A stretch of DNA of 27,550 bases from Octopus sinensis (lineage: Eukaryota): contig NW_021833476.1 in assembly GCF_006345805.1 (NCBI RefSeq), positions 1-27,550 of the forward strand. Direction: 5' to 3'. Numbering within the stretch: position 1 is the first letter of the stretch; every line of letters begins with the position of its first letter. Made by a program: the position numbers and the translations under genes. Positions 11,844 through 22,650 of the stretch are shown in pieces. Under the pieces are notes generated by a model, which was not told the origin of the DNA, searched no databases, and worked only from the letters and a program-made list of their open reading frames with translations.

Positions 11844-13070
11844 TTATTGGTTAACAACCGTCTTGATCATCTCCAAATCACTGAGGAGTTGTGGGTTGAG
11901 GGGGTCGATTGAAAGAGCACTCTCAAGGGCAGCCCGAGCTAGAGGATGCCAGAATACTCCCACCTTCCCCATACTCTCCAAGGTGAAAGTAGGAAGTCCC
12001 CATTCGACAGAGCGCCTTCAGACGACTATGTTTGTTGGCCTGGACTGGAGGGAGGAGGAGTGTGAGTGCCTGGGTGTGTGGTGAGGAATACCTGGCGACA
12101 ATCCTCAATGCAGTTTGAATATAACCCCTTCTGAAGGTAGGAAGCTGCCCGGTTGGAGTAGAGTCTGTTGAAAGTACAGTGGGGGATACGAGGGCATTCC
12201 TGGGCTGAGGGATATTCCGTGGGAGTAGGCGCTTATGGCAGAATCGTAGTCTCCGTGAATGTAAAATTTGCTGAATATTGTGAATATTTACTTTGCTTTG
12301 TCCCTTATGAGGACTGGGTTGGACTCCAACTCCCCTCCTGTGATCCGACAACCACTCGCCTGCTTCCTCAACCACTGCCACTTATGATTCACCACTCACT
12401 TCCTCCTCCTCTTCCGCCTTCGACTCCCGAGAGGGTGTTGGGAAATATCGCTCAGTGAATGACATTTTTATTTTCCCGGCACCACGAATTGGGAATTCTT
12501 TAGGAGACTCATTGTGTCTGGTGGTCGATAAATGACTCTGGGAGTCCACCTTCATGGCTGTCAGTTCATCTGCCACTTTCTTGTTCTCCTTTTCCTTGAA
12601 CAGCTCGATTTGACTAGTCTTCTCTGAGTCGAGCTGGGCAAGTGTGATGGGATGAGTACAGCAATGGCCGCCCTCACTGCCATTTGTTTGCGTGCACTAC
12701 TCTTGTCTTCCTTCACCTTCCTCCACTCCATTTCCTCTCTCATCTTCTCCTTGTTGTCTGCAACTTATTTTATTTCCCTACCCTCCGACATGAACGTCGG
12801 CCACACTTCGGGGACTACTTTTCTCAGATTGAACATTATTTGTCCTTCTTTTATCACCACAGTTGACTCGTCCTCCTCCACATCTGCATAGAGCAGACAC
12901 TCAAACAAGTAAGGCTGGTAATTGGCCTGATTGGTGGGGTTATATACTTTGATGTATCTCCTCGTGTACACAATGTCCACCGACGACGGACTGCTCCCAT
13001 GCAGTTCAAGTTTGAGATATAATGCACTCTCTGATTGGCCCCACTCCACATCCCGCACTCTTATCACCAT
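11844..13070 (-). CDS. DNAAF4: Dynein axonemal assembly factor 4 (DYX1C1): CS/p23 domain, coiled coil, TPR; 345 aa, 9 exons
   Basis: Introns 12927-12947 (21), 12758-12781 (24), 12634-12659 (26), 12375-12399 (25), 12271-12291 (21), 12165-12189 (25), 12070-12091 (22), 11939-11963 (25) give a 1038-nt ORF. Diagnostic segments: VRDVEWGQSESALYL, YIK-ANYQPYLFECLLY, IRGAGKIKMSFTERYFPTPSRES..EEEE-WLRKQA, DKANKFY..AISAYSHGI, LYSNRAASYL..CIEDC, LLLPPVQAN..RLKALCRMGT, ALSIDP.N. Confidence 0.95.
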
Positions 13071-13334
13071 GTTTCCTTGGATACACTATTAAGATAGTTG
13101 TCAGGCACACTCATATATTAATGGGTGCAGTCTGAGGAGTGTTCTCTAAGTTTTGAGGGCTTCCGAGACCATCATGGTTCTAGTTTTCAAGCCCCCTAAG
13201 CGCTAATTCCTTAAATATTTTTTTTGTTGAGCCAATTTTTTGTTATTTCCTTCTCTCACTATTGTGTCGATAAAACCATATACTTTTTTTTACTGACATT
13301 GGTTGGAAATTCAGTTAAGAACGAAATATTACCA

Positions 13335-13790
13335 CCACTAGTCTCCTGTGTTCTTCGGAACCCTGAGGCTGAGATCAAATATGTAGTTCGAACAGCTAAA
13401 GTCTCAAAACTGTGTGTTAGCTAGCAGTCTAGCTTTAAATCTTCAGCCTTCTTAGCTGCAGATTTAGCCTCCAGAGCACACGAAGTTAAATGAGAAGCAG
13501 AATAGGTGTCCCAGCAGGTTGCATCCCATACGAGACCTTTTCCGCCTTCAAAAGGGAAAAGGGTCATCCCGTCAGGACGTTTCCCATCGCCGCGGTCAAG
13601 ACCCGGTGGTTCGAGGACCAAAGGAAATCCCGCCGAGTCGAGGGCCCTCCGTATGATGTCATTCATAGCAGAGTGCCTCGGGAAACGTCCGGCACTCCTC
13701 CTGCATGATAAAGGGTGCAGACCGAAAGGGTCAACAGTGCAGCCACAGCGGCACGTGTGCGGGACACATTGCCTTAGTCCGAGGCGCAGA
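13335..13790 (-). mobile_element. CRE-like non-LTR 3' remnant (zinc knuckle plus RLE)
   Basis: [86 protein letters not shown]. Confidence 0.9.
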
Positions 13791-14097
13791 GTTCAAAAAA
13801 TCTGAAATTGATTGATTTAAAGTTTGAAAAATGAATATTCTATGCCAATTGAATCTTTTGTTTTAAAAAAGAGGCTTTTCCTTTTTATGCCCCATGCTAC
13901 CCTCAGTGGTTGCATTTATCGCTGACATATTTTTTGTTGATCATACTTTTCTTTCCTGTATCATTTTACTGACTCATGAATTCAGAGTTTATGGATTTCT
14001 ATCCATATGGCCATATGGCCATTGGTAATTTACTTTAAATTATAAGTAATAAAGCTAATCAATGACAGTTTTAGTCTGCTACAATATTTTAATCAAT

Positions 14098-14205
14098 TCT
14101 CGATCGCCGTTATCCGGGGGAACAGTTTGGCGATCCGTCAGGCCTCTGGCCTTCCCTGCGATTAATCGATATGAATTGCTAAATTTTTCTATACAGAAAA
14201 AAAAT
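14098..14205 (+). mobile_element. Very short CRE-like 3' end inserted in repeat copy 1
   Basis: SIAVIRGNSLAIRQAS..* followed by an A-rich tract; absent at the aligned position of copy 2 (about 15610). Confidence 0.65.
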
Positions 14206-14384
14206 TTGTCAATCATTAGCAAATTCTATTCCTCATTTTCACATCCTCAGTGACGTTTGATTCTGCTCTGATATTAGAATAAACGTTTCTTATCTGTATT
14301 CTCCGTTTGTAACGCGTGTCTTCTATTGACGATCGACTGACCACTTAATTCATGTATAATGGGACTGGCCAAAAGCAAAGTTGG

Positions 14385-14900
14385 TCTTACCAAAAGCATA
14401 AAGCTATAAGAACCCAATCTTGAAATTTTATTTCCAATGAATTCCTTTTCTTTAACAATTTCTTCAATTCGTAAATGCCATGGACCATTGCCTACCACTA
14501 GCACTGCTAAAAAATTGTGAGATTCCCTGCCTTTTCGTAGACAAATTCTCATCCATTCATGGGCAGATTCCTTATTAAAGGATCCACGTTTCAATTTATA
14601 ATGTAACAATCCAAGAGATCAAGTTCCCTTCAGTCACCATCTCTTTATAGGCCACCCCATTTGAGAATATTCAGTCAGTATTTAAAGCTGACAAAAAACA
14701 CATTGCAACAGACATTAAAAATATTTTGAATGGTGTGGAAGAAGAAGCTTTGTTAACTACTGAGTTTCGACTTCAAAAGTTAGAAGAAACTATGATTAAC
14801 TCTTTATTTATAATCACTCCATTTTTATGCAACATCGTATTTGCAAGAATTAAGGGGTTGGCCTCATCTGTCTTAAATAATGATGATATGGTTTATTAAA
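14385..14900 (-). mobile_element. Decayed Tc1/IS630-like transposase
   Basis: DEANPLI..GLLHYKLKRGSFNKESAHEWMRICLR..VLVVGNGPWHLRIEEIVKEKEFIGNKISRLGSYSFML resembles the DDE_3 pattern RGSF, DNAP.H, LRL.PYSPML. Confidence 0.7.
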
Positions 14901-16433
14901 TAATTTTATTGTTCCACTTTGCTTTTGTTAAGTTTCACTTTAAATCTGAAATGGTATAGATAGGGTTATAATTCTGTTTTGCGTTAGGTTTAAGTTTCTA
15001 TTTTACGCTATGCCTAATCTGTAAAATAGGAATAAGATTATTTTCTATAAAATCACATTATTTTGAAATTATTAACACTTTGAAGGCTCTGCACTTAGTT
15101 AGAAAAATTCTTTCTCGATCGCGTCGGCTTCCCGCACTTGAAGCTTTTAATTAATTAACTTGTAGTTATTGGTTGGTTTTCATCAAACTAGAATTGTAAA
15201 AAAAAAGAAAAATTACTTAGTTAATTAGTTTCTTTTTTTTATCAATAAAGGTTCGTGATTAAATAAAAAATGACCTTGAATGAGTTCGCGATTAACAGAT
15301 TTTGAAAAACACGTTAAAAGTTATGTAATTTGTATGTGTAACAAAACAAATTGAATTTTTTGGTGTTAAAAAAGAGGCGTTTCCTTTTTATTCCCCATGC
15401 AACCACTGAGGGTTGCATTTACAGCAGATCCTTATTTGTTTCTTTTGTTTCATTACCTGACTTTTTTAGCCTGTAGCATTTTACAATAGAATGAAAGCAG
15501 GTTTTATAAATTCGTATCCATATGGCCATATGGCCATAAGTAATTTACTTTAAATTATAAGTGAACAAGCTAATCAATGATAGTTTTAGTCTGCTCCAAT
15601 ATTTTAATTAACTCGTCAATCATTAGTCAATTCTACCAAATTCTCTTAACTTTTTTTCATCTTCAGTGACGTTTGATTCTGCTCAGATATTTGAATTAAG
15701 GTTTCTTATCTATATTCCCTGTTTGTGACAGCGTGCCTTCTATTCATGATCGACTGAGCACTCAAGTCATACATAATCATACTAAAAAGAAAAAAGCACT
15801 TTGTTTTTTATCATTGCCATCAAGGGACCCAGTACAATGAGGTTGAAGACTATGTCACCAAACTTTAACTGAGTTAGAAAATTGGTGACTCCAGTGCACA
15901 ATGAAAAATGTTGTTTTTAGCTGCGAACGAAAAACGTAGATACGTAAAATATATTAAACCCCATCAAATACTATTTTTGCTCAACTTTAATATCAATGCT
16001 GAATTCCATTGTAATTGACAGGGACATCGAGACAGCCATGAACAGAGCTGTTTATAGAAATAAAAATCTAACTAATCCCTAATAATATAAAATTTCCCTA
16101 AAAAGTCTTGCCATATTCTTTATTTTAGTAGAAATCTTAAAAAAGTAATGTCGCTATTTTTCTTAAAAGTTAAAAAAACTTAAAATAATTAATTTTAAGT
16201 TTGAAAAATGAACGCATTATCAAATCGTTTCATTGCAAATTGATTCTTCTGGCATCAAAATTATAGGCTTCCGCGTTTTATGCCATACAACTACTGAGAA
16301 TTGCATTTATTGTCGTCAAAATTGAATTCCTTTCATGGCCCGCAGCATTTCACAGTAGCATGAAAGTTTACAATGACAGCAATTGAAATAAGAATAAAAA
16401 AAATTTTCGACATGTAAAGTAAGGGAGGAGATG

Positions 16434-16765
16434 TCTTTCCATTCTTGGTGGCTTATCTTGCTAAATTCTCATGGTGGTTTTCTAACTCAGTTCTATAGTT
16501 AGATGATTCAAATCTTCTATGGGTTTATCGATTATTTTGTTACCCCATTTTGACAAAAGGAAAAGCGGCTCAATTTGTGAAAAGCCTCTGCTAGAAATCT
16601 TTCCATTCTTGGTGGCTTATCTTGCTAAATTCTCATGGTGGTTTTCTAACTCAGTTCTATAGTTAGATGATTCAAATCTTCTATGGGTTTATCGATTATT
16701 TTGTTACCCCATTTTGACAAAAGGAAAAGCGGCTCAATTTGTGAAAAGCCTCTGCTAGAAATCTT
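16434..16765. repeat. Perfect 164-bp tandem duplication
   Basis: Units start at 16434 and 16598 and are identical by eye; TCTT microhomology at 16434, 16598 and 16762. Confidence 0.95.
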
Positions 16766-17429
16766 GGAATTATTTTTGAAGTTTTTAACTGATAAAGCGA
16801 TTAAATTAGGAATCATTAAAGGGAAAGTTTTTAAGTTGCTTATAAAAAGTTTTAGTTTTTTGAAAAAACTGTTTCTTCATCGTCTTTGTTTAAATGTACA
16901 TTTAGAAAGTATTTTACATGTATCGATCATGTAGAAGTGGCAACTGTTTACATCGTCCCAAAAGATTATGATGTTTATATGCGCGACTTCTAATAGATAC
17001 TCTAAAAGGATTTAAGTATTTATCTGGTAACCATTGCTTGAAAAATTATTTATGATGGAACTTAAATGATAGGTTAAACACTTAACCTTTCAAGCCCTTG
17101 GTTGGATTACTCAGTCGGGTCACTTTCTAATTCAGAGTCTTCAAGAATCTCTTTCAACAGTTAAGTTTCTCTGAGACCCCCACACGCCTTTTTTATGGAA
17201 TTGAATTTATTCCTCCTGAAAGCTTCCGATCGATTTAGATCTCTCACTCCAGTTTTAAATCCACTTCCAAACCGAACATTCAATTTAAACAGCTAGAGTA
17301 GAATTCAACTAACTCCTCGACAAACTCGTTGGCAGCATATGAGGAGTTTTTTAGTTTCAAGAAAGTTGACTTACAAAATTTGTTTCCTGATTGATTTCCC
17401 AATATGTAACAGGAGATACTCCTAACATT

Positions 17430-17817
17430 CTGGGGACGGAAAACGCCCTGATGGGTCGACTTTATTCCCATTCAGAGAGGGAATGGAACTCGTGTGGGAT
17501 GTTACCTGCGTAGACTCATTTTAATCATCATCGTTGGTTGACTCCGCTTCTCGTCCTGGATCTGCATCTGCCCTTGCCGAATCTAGGAAAACTGCAAAAT
17601 ATCGCTCTTTGACCGATACCTGCTGCTTCATTCCTCTGGCTTTCGAGACCAGTGGGATAATTGGGCCAAAGCGCTCAAACTCCTCTCAGAGATTGGTTTA
17701 ATCATCTCGAGGAGGAGTCACGACAGTCGTGAAACGAGTTGGCTATTTCAGCGGATATCGTTCGCGATATTACGTGGAAATTGCCTGTCCATCCGCTCGG
17801 CGACTCATCTAATTTAG
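17430..17817 (+). mobile_element. CRE-like non-LTR 3' remnant
   Basis: [74 protein letters not shown]. Confidence 0.9.
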
Positions 17818-18420
17818 TTAACTTCTCTTTTTTCTTGTTTCATTAATTAACATTAAATGTTATTAAGTTAAATTTTTCGGTTAAATATTTTAATTAATTC
17901 GTCAATCATTATTTATTCTGTTCAACCCGATTTTTCTGTTTGGCAATGTAAAAAATACTCGCGATATCCTTATAATACTATTAACAAAATTGATTTTGTA
18001 TTTACTCCGGTACTGTCTTTAATGCCAATAATCTCCATACATGTTGTGAAATAATGCTTTCCTATGCAAGAACAATTGAAGTTATTTTAACTTTAAAGTT
18101 GTAAAAAATCCCTAAATACTTTGTAGATTGTCAAATTATAAAATTTTTATACTTAAACAATTTTTTGGTTTTTAGATTATCAAATTTTCTTAACGTTCTT
18201 TTGGTTTTAGTTACTTAAATTTAGTTACTTATATTTGGTTTATTTTTTGTCGTAAGAGAATTCTGGTTTTCTATATTGACGGAACGATTCAAAATGTTTA
18301 AAATTTATTTTGGAACTTTTTCTTGGAATTAAACTTTAAAAATAGAAAATTTTTCAGATACCGGAATTTGCACAGTAGTTTTAGCAATTAATAAAAAGCA
18401 AGCTAAAATTAAGTATTTCA

Positions 18421-19622
18421 TTTCACCGTCCAGATAGGTCGGGGCGCCAGATCGGTTATGTATAAAATTTTTAATAAAAACTACCTTTCGGAAGTTATTT
18501 TCTTTTTCTGTTCATTCTTTTGTTGATTTTAATATTATTTTTGCCAAAATATTGAAGTTACTGAGTTCATAAAAAACCAACATCGAGTCATTTCCAGATA
18601 ATTACCGTATTGATTTTGCATTTTATTTAAAAACGCTTTAACCAAGGTTAGCCAAACAATTCTCAACAATAAAGTTTATTAGAAAAATCCATTTTTAATT
18701 TTTAAAAATGTTGTAAATTTCTATTTTTATCATTAAAACTCTAAAATACAATCCGGCCTACGGCCGGATGATTCAATGTGAATATTTTTCCCTATGCGGC
18801 CTTCGGCCGCGTCGAATTTGTAACAATGGCACAATTATTTCACATTTAAGTAAATATGACACGAGAAAAAACACAGAACGAACCCCATGAATATTTGCAG
18901 TTAAAGTTTTTTTACTCTGCTAATATGTATCCTTTGATCTTTTTCATCCTCTTCATTAATTATCGTTACGAGTTCTCGATCCCTATTTTTCACAATATAT
19001 TTTTGTGCAGATATTTCGTCGTATAATGGGTATTTTCTATAACCCGGGTTTGCATCCCTATCATGCCGTATTAATACTTCATCGCCACTTTTCACTTCAT
19101 CATATTTCCATTTTCAAAGCCACATCAGTACGTATGGCACCATAAATTGTGAGTGTCAATAAACTGTACAACCTATCACGTTCAAAGTGATTAAGATTGT
19201 GTTGAACCTAATTTAAATAGACAAATATACTACTTCAATGAATTTTAACCTAAGTTCAGCGTCTTCGATACAAAAGAAACGCAACTTTGAGCCATTTTTA
19301 AAATGTAGGTGTTGTTCTCCTTGAAACTAAATTTTTGGCATATCTCCGTATTCGTGCCCTTTCTTCCGAACTCAAGGAATCATCAAGGTGGCCTGATTCT
19401 AAATACTCCCTAATTTTTTCGAGGGTGTCTCGAGTTAATTCAACTAAAACCATTGATTAATGCTAATCTTTTCAACTTTTTAGAACTTTTTTATTAATAA
19501 GATTTTATTTTTTTATTATCAATATTTTTTTGCAATGAAATGTTTCATAGGAAAAATATTTGTTTTGTATTTAGATAATTGACCTGACCGATCTGGCGCC
19601 CCGGCCGGTCTGGACGGTGACA
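18421..19622 (-). mobile_element. Internally deleted Ginger-like (integrase-type) DNA transposon
   Basis: ~36-bp TIRs: T(T)TCACCGTCCAGATAGGTCGGGGCGCCAGATCGGT at 18421-18456 and ACCGATCTGGCGCCCCGGCCGGTCTGGACGGTGACA at 19587-19622; 5-bp TSD TTTCA (18416-20, 19623-27). Coding 19453-18901: IREYLESG..LSSEERARIRRYAK..KFIE-(26-nt intron 19208-19233)-VQHNLNHFERDRLY..YGAIRTDV, then directly GDEVLI..RIHISRVKKL; the DDE core is missing. Confidence 0.75.
18751..18810. other. Two GC-rich mini-hairpins
   Basis: ATCCGGCC-TAC-GGCCGGAT (18751-69) and GCGGCC-TTC-GGCCGC (18796-810) in very AT-rich context. Confidence 0.8.
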
Positions 19623-20225
19623 TTTCATTTTTAGAAAAAAAATAAATTTTATTTTAAAAGAAAATTGACAACATATTGTATGTACAGGTTGTAAAATCAA
19701 TTGAAATATGTCTTTTTAGTAAACTCAATTTTAAATTATGGATTTTCTGTGTATGTTTTATTTATAACCAACGACTGACGCAAATTGATATCAGAGAAGT
19801 ATGTGGGCTATGCGTCCTGATAAAAAACGTTTTTTGAAGGACTTTTAAGCTGATTTGGTTAAGTTTAAAAATTTATTACGGCAGCAGTTTGAAATTATTT
19901 ATAATTAAATCGTTAAATTTTCCAAATCAATCACTTATTAAAACAAAATATTTTCAATTATTATAGAGTGATTAACTTTATTTATACTTCTACTTAAGAA
20001 ATAAAAGTTTTTTGACATAATGGACATTTTCCTTTCATAAAAAGCCAAGGATTTATACAATCTTTGTGAAATTGATGACTAAAATAATTTATAAATATTA
20101 TTTTTTACTTGCATGACATAGTTCGAACTATTTCACCACACAAAATTTCAGATATACAAATTGCGCAGAATATTTCAATCGATTCATTCTAAAATTGTTA
20201 AGTATTTAAAAAACTGTTGATTCTA

Positions 20226-20860
20226 CCTATTCTTGACCAACCAATACTCTTAGCTTCCGTCCCAACCGTCCGTTTTAATACAGTCGAGTACATTTTGCTC
20301 ACTGAAGCTAACAAGCTTGCCGTATTTAATAGCGAATTGGCCTTCAAAACTTCCCAACTACAAATTGATTAGTGTCTTTATAGCTCCAAATATATAACAG
20401 GATGCACATTTTCCCTTCACTTTTAACATCAGTCACACCCAACTAAAGTTGACTGGGACGTCAAAATTATCTCCAAATTCGGATTTAGAACTAAATTCTT
20501 GAAATTCGGGTAAATTGAGATCAAAATGAGATCCTTTATGCATTTCTCCAAATTCCTGACTAGTTAGAGAAGTGATTAAATAGCCTGTCCGCGAACTGAT
20601 TGATGCCTAGAGCATACGAAGTCTCCCTTCTTTCGTATTTCAAGTTGCGATTGCTTCGAAATATCGCCAGTCTCTTTGTGTGATGGATATTTTTTTGTAA
20701 ACAAAGGTTAGTTCATTCAACATCTAAATGTTTTAGGATATTTAATCCGTTTCAAATTAAACTGATGGCCCTGGGAGATATTGGAACGAACATTGTCTTT
20801 ATATTTTATTGATACTTTGAGCTGACTCCAGCCGAAACTCCTGACTATGATTGCAAAAAC
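20226..20860 (-). pseudogene. Cathepsin L-like (papain C1A) pseudogene with internal deletion
   Basis: I29 prodomain RLAIFRSN..YALGINQFAD..SQEF; mature GVTDVKSEGKCASCYIFGA, GSFEGQFAIKYGKLVSFSEQNVLDC..DGWDG* fused directly to EYWLVKN. Stops and frameshifts present; a 24-nt intron-like segment has a mutated donor. Confidence 0.85.
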
Positions 20861-21051
20861 AACAAAATTTTTTTATCAAATAAATTAAATTTATTAAACT
20901 ATAATTTTTGCTAAGTGATCCACAATGTTAATTCTTTGATGAGTTATAAAGTTAAAAATTTGAATTTATTTTATTCAATTTTATTTTTTCTGCTTTATTT
21001 AATATTTGTAAATTGCAATTTAAACTAAACAATATTAGACTACTTTTTCCC

Positions 21052-21165
21052 AAAGAGATTGTTATCGTGGGGGTGGGTATCACGTGCCTAGACCGTTTGC
21101 AGACAGTGGAAATGGAAAAAAGGAGAGTATAACCTCCTGCAAAATAGCTAGGACTGATGCACCAG
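21052..21165 (+). mobile_element. R4-like RLE non-LTR remnant
   Basis: KEIVIVGVGITCLDRLQTVEMEKRRV*..AK*LGLMH. Confidence 0.65.
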
Positions 21166-22650
21166 TATATTCTTTGGTTTTTATTTTTTTGCTCTCTTTC
21201 AATAGAGGACTAAAATATTGGCAAATAGCTTTTTTTGCTTGGTCTTTCTATTAGAATCAGTCGTTTCTAAAACTTTCCTTCCATCCTAAAGTTTTTGCGA
21301 AAGGCATAGTTAATTATTTGATTTTTTAAAGAGGTGTTTAACTCAACTACAGTTCTTTTTTTTTGGAGTGTGAATGTGAAAGTACTATTCTTATAGTTCT
21401 TATAAATTAACTTTAAAATGAAACGACAAAACTTTGATTAAATCAGATAAGACAAATTAACGAGAACAGAAGATTATTTAAACAGTTAAATGAGAAAAAT
21501 ACTCCCATGTCATCGCCTTAAAATTACGTCGGCAATCTAGTTTCAGATCATTGTTATTATGTTTGCATCTTTCCTTTAAGTAAGCGAAATGATAACAGTA
21601 GACTGTCGGCAAATCTATATCCAAGCCGCCTTTAATCACGTCAAATTTCTTAACTCCCAATTTTTTTATTTTTGAGGATTTATCTCCGAATATAGTAACC
21701 GAGTCTTCCAAACCTAAAATATCTCAGTCGTAACAAATACAGTTCTTCTCCTTCTACATACATCAAATTTTTAAGAAACTCAAGAGTTTGTAATTTATTG
21801 GGAACGGCGAAGATGATGTATTCACTCAGTGCCTGGACTCAACTTAAATATTTAAAATTCCCGATTCGAAAAGTTCTACTTATAGTAATTTGCAATCAGT
21901 ACTCTTAAACCATCATGTAAAGACTCCCGATTACGACAGAACAACGCTCAAATTGATTGATGTTAGAATTTGTCATCATAATGATTTCATCCACGATTTC
22001 ACAAACTATTTTTGTAATTAAAGACATTTAGAAACTATAAGAGTTATTGAAAACGTTCATTTTTATTGCGAGTCCGCCGATTAATACTTTCCGTTGTCCA
22101 CATTCCAACTCATTTTCACAATCGTGAATTATTTGTCTGTGAAAATGCTTATGATCAAAAAACTTTTAACAAGTGTAGCGCCAAATGGATATTTTATGAA
22201 GGAAATTCGTTCTTCCCCGGAATCCAGCGTGATTCTTTTTGTTTTGCTGCATTCTATGTATAAATAATGCTGCATTTTATGTATAAAGAAAAGTAAGAAA
22301 ATAGATCAATTTCAATTCAATTTTTTGTAATAATTAGATGTCTATAAGGCTTAAAATATAAACAAAACATTTAAAAAGTGGCAATTCCAGCGTCTATTCA
22401 CCTGTAATAATCAAAATTAGTTGCGGATCCACTTTTATACAGAATCTTTTTTGAATTCAGGATGATATAATCCGATGGATATTGACAATACAAAGGTTAC
22501 TTCTGCATTTACGCATGAGGCTCCAAAGAAAGTTGTTTCGATAACTAAGCAGCTCTTATAAACAGTGTCACACGGCAAGTGATTTATGTTGCGATTCTGA
22601 GACCACAAAAAGATGGGACTCTTTTGACAGTCAAATTAGATGATCTAGGT

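Larger units (their letters stand above)
13820..16380. repeat. Three diverged direct copies of an unknown module (about 13820-14370, 15300-15785, partial 16190-16380)
   Basis: Shared blocks aaaaaagaggc..cctttttat..cccatgc, ggttgcattta, atccatatggccatatggccat, gtaatttactttaaattataag, aagctaatcaatga.agttttagtctgct, cagtgacgtttgattctgctc. Confidence 0.85.

Noticed and set aside
14600-14900. Fairly open + strand frame (ATPFENIQSVFKADKKHIA..)
   Set aside because: It is the shadow of the minus-strand Tc1/IS630 remnant.
13980-15620. In-frame TAA/TAG at the same positions in repeat copies, hinting at TAR=Gln recoding
   Set aside because: The three good genes end in TAA and have no internal TAR; the shared stops are explained by reading the wrong frame or strand.
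21478-22263. Semi-open frames on both strands
   Set aside because: No consistent splice solution or homology.
22390-22480. VDPQLILIITGE resembling UppS DPDLLIRT.GE as a further bacterial relic
   Set aside because: Too short, with wrong spacing and no second supporting motif.
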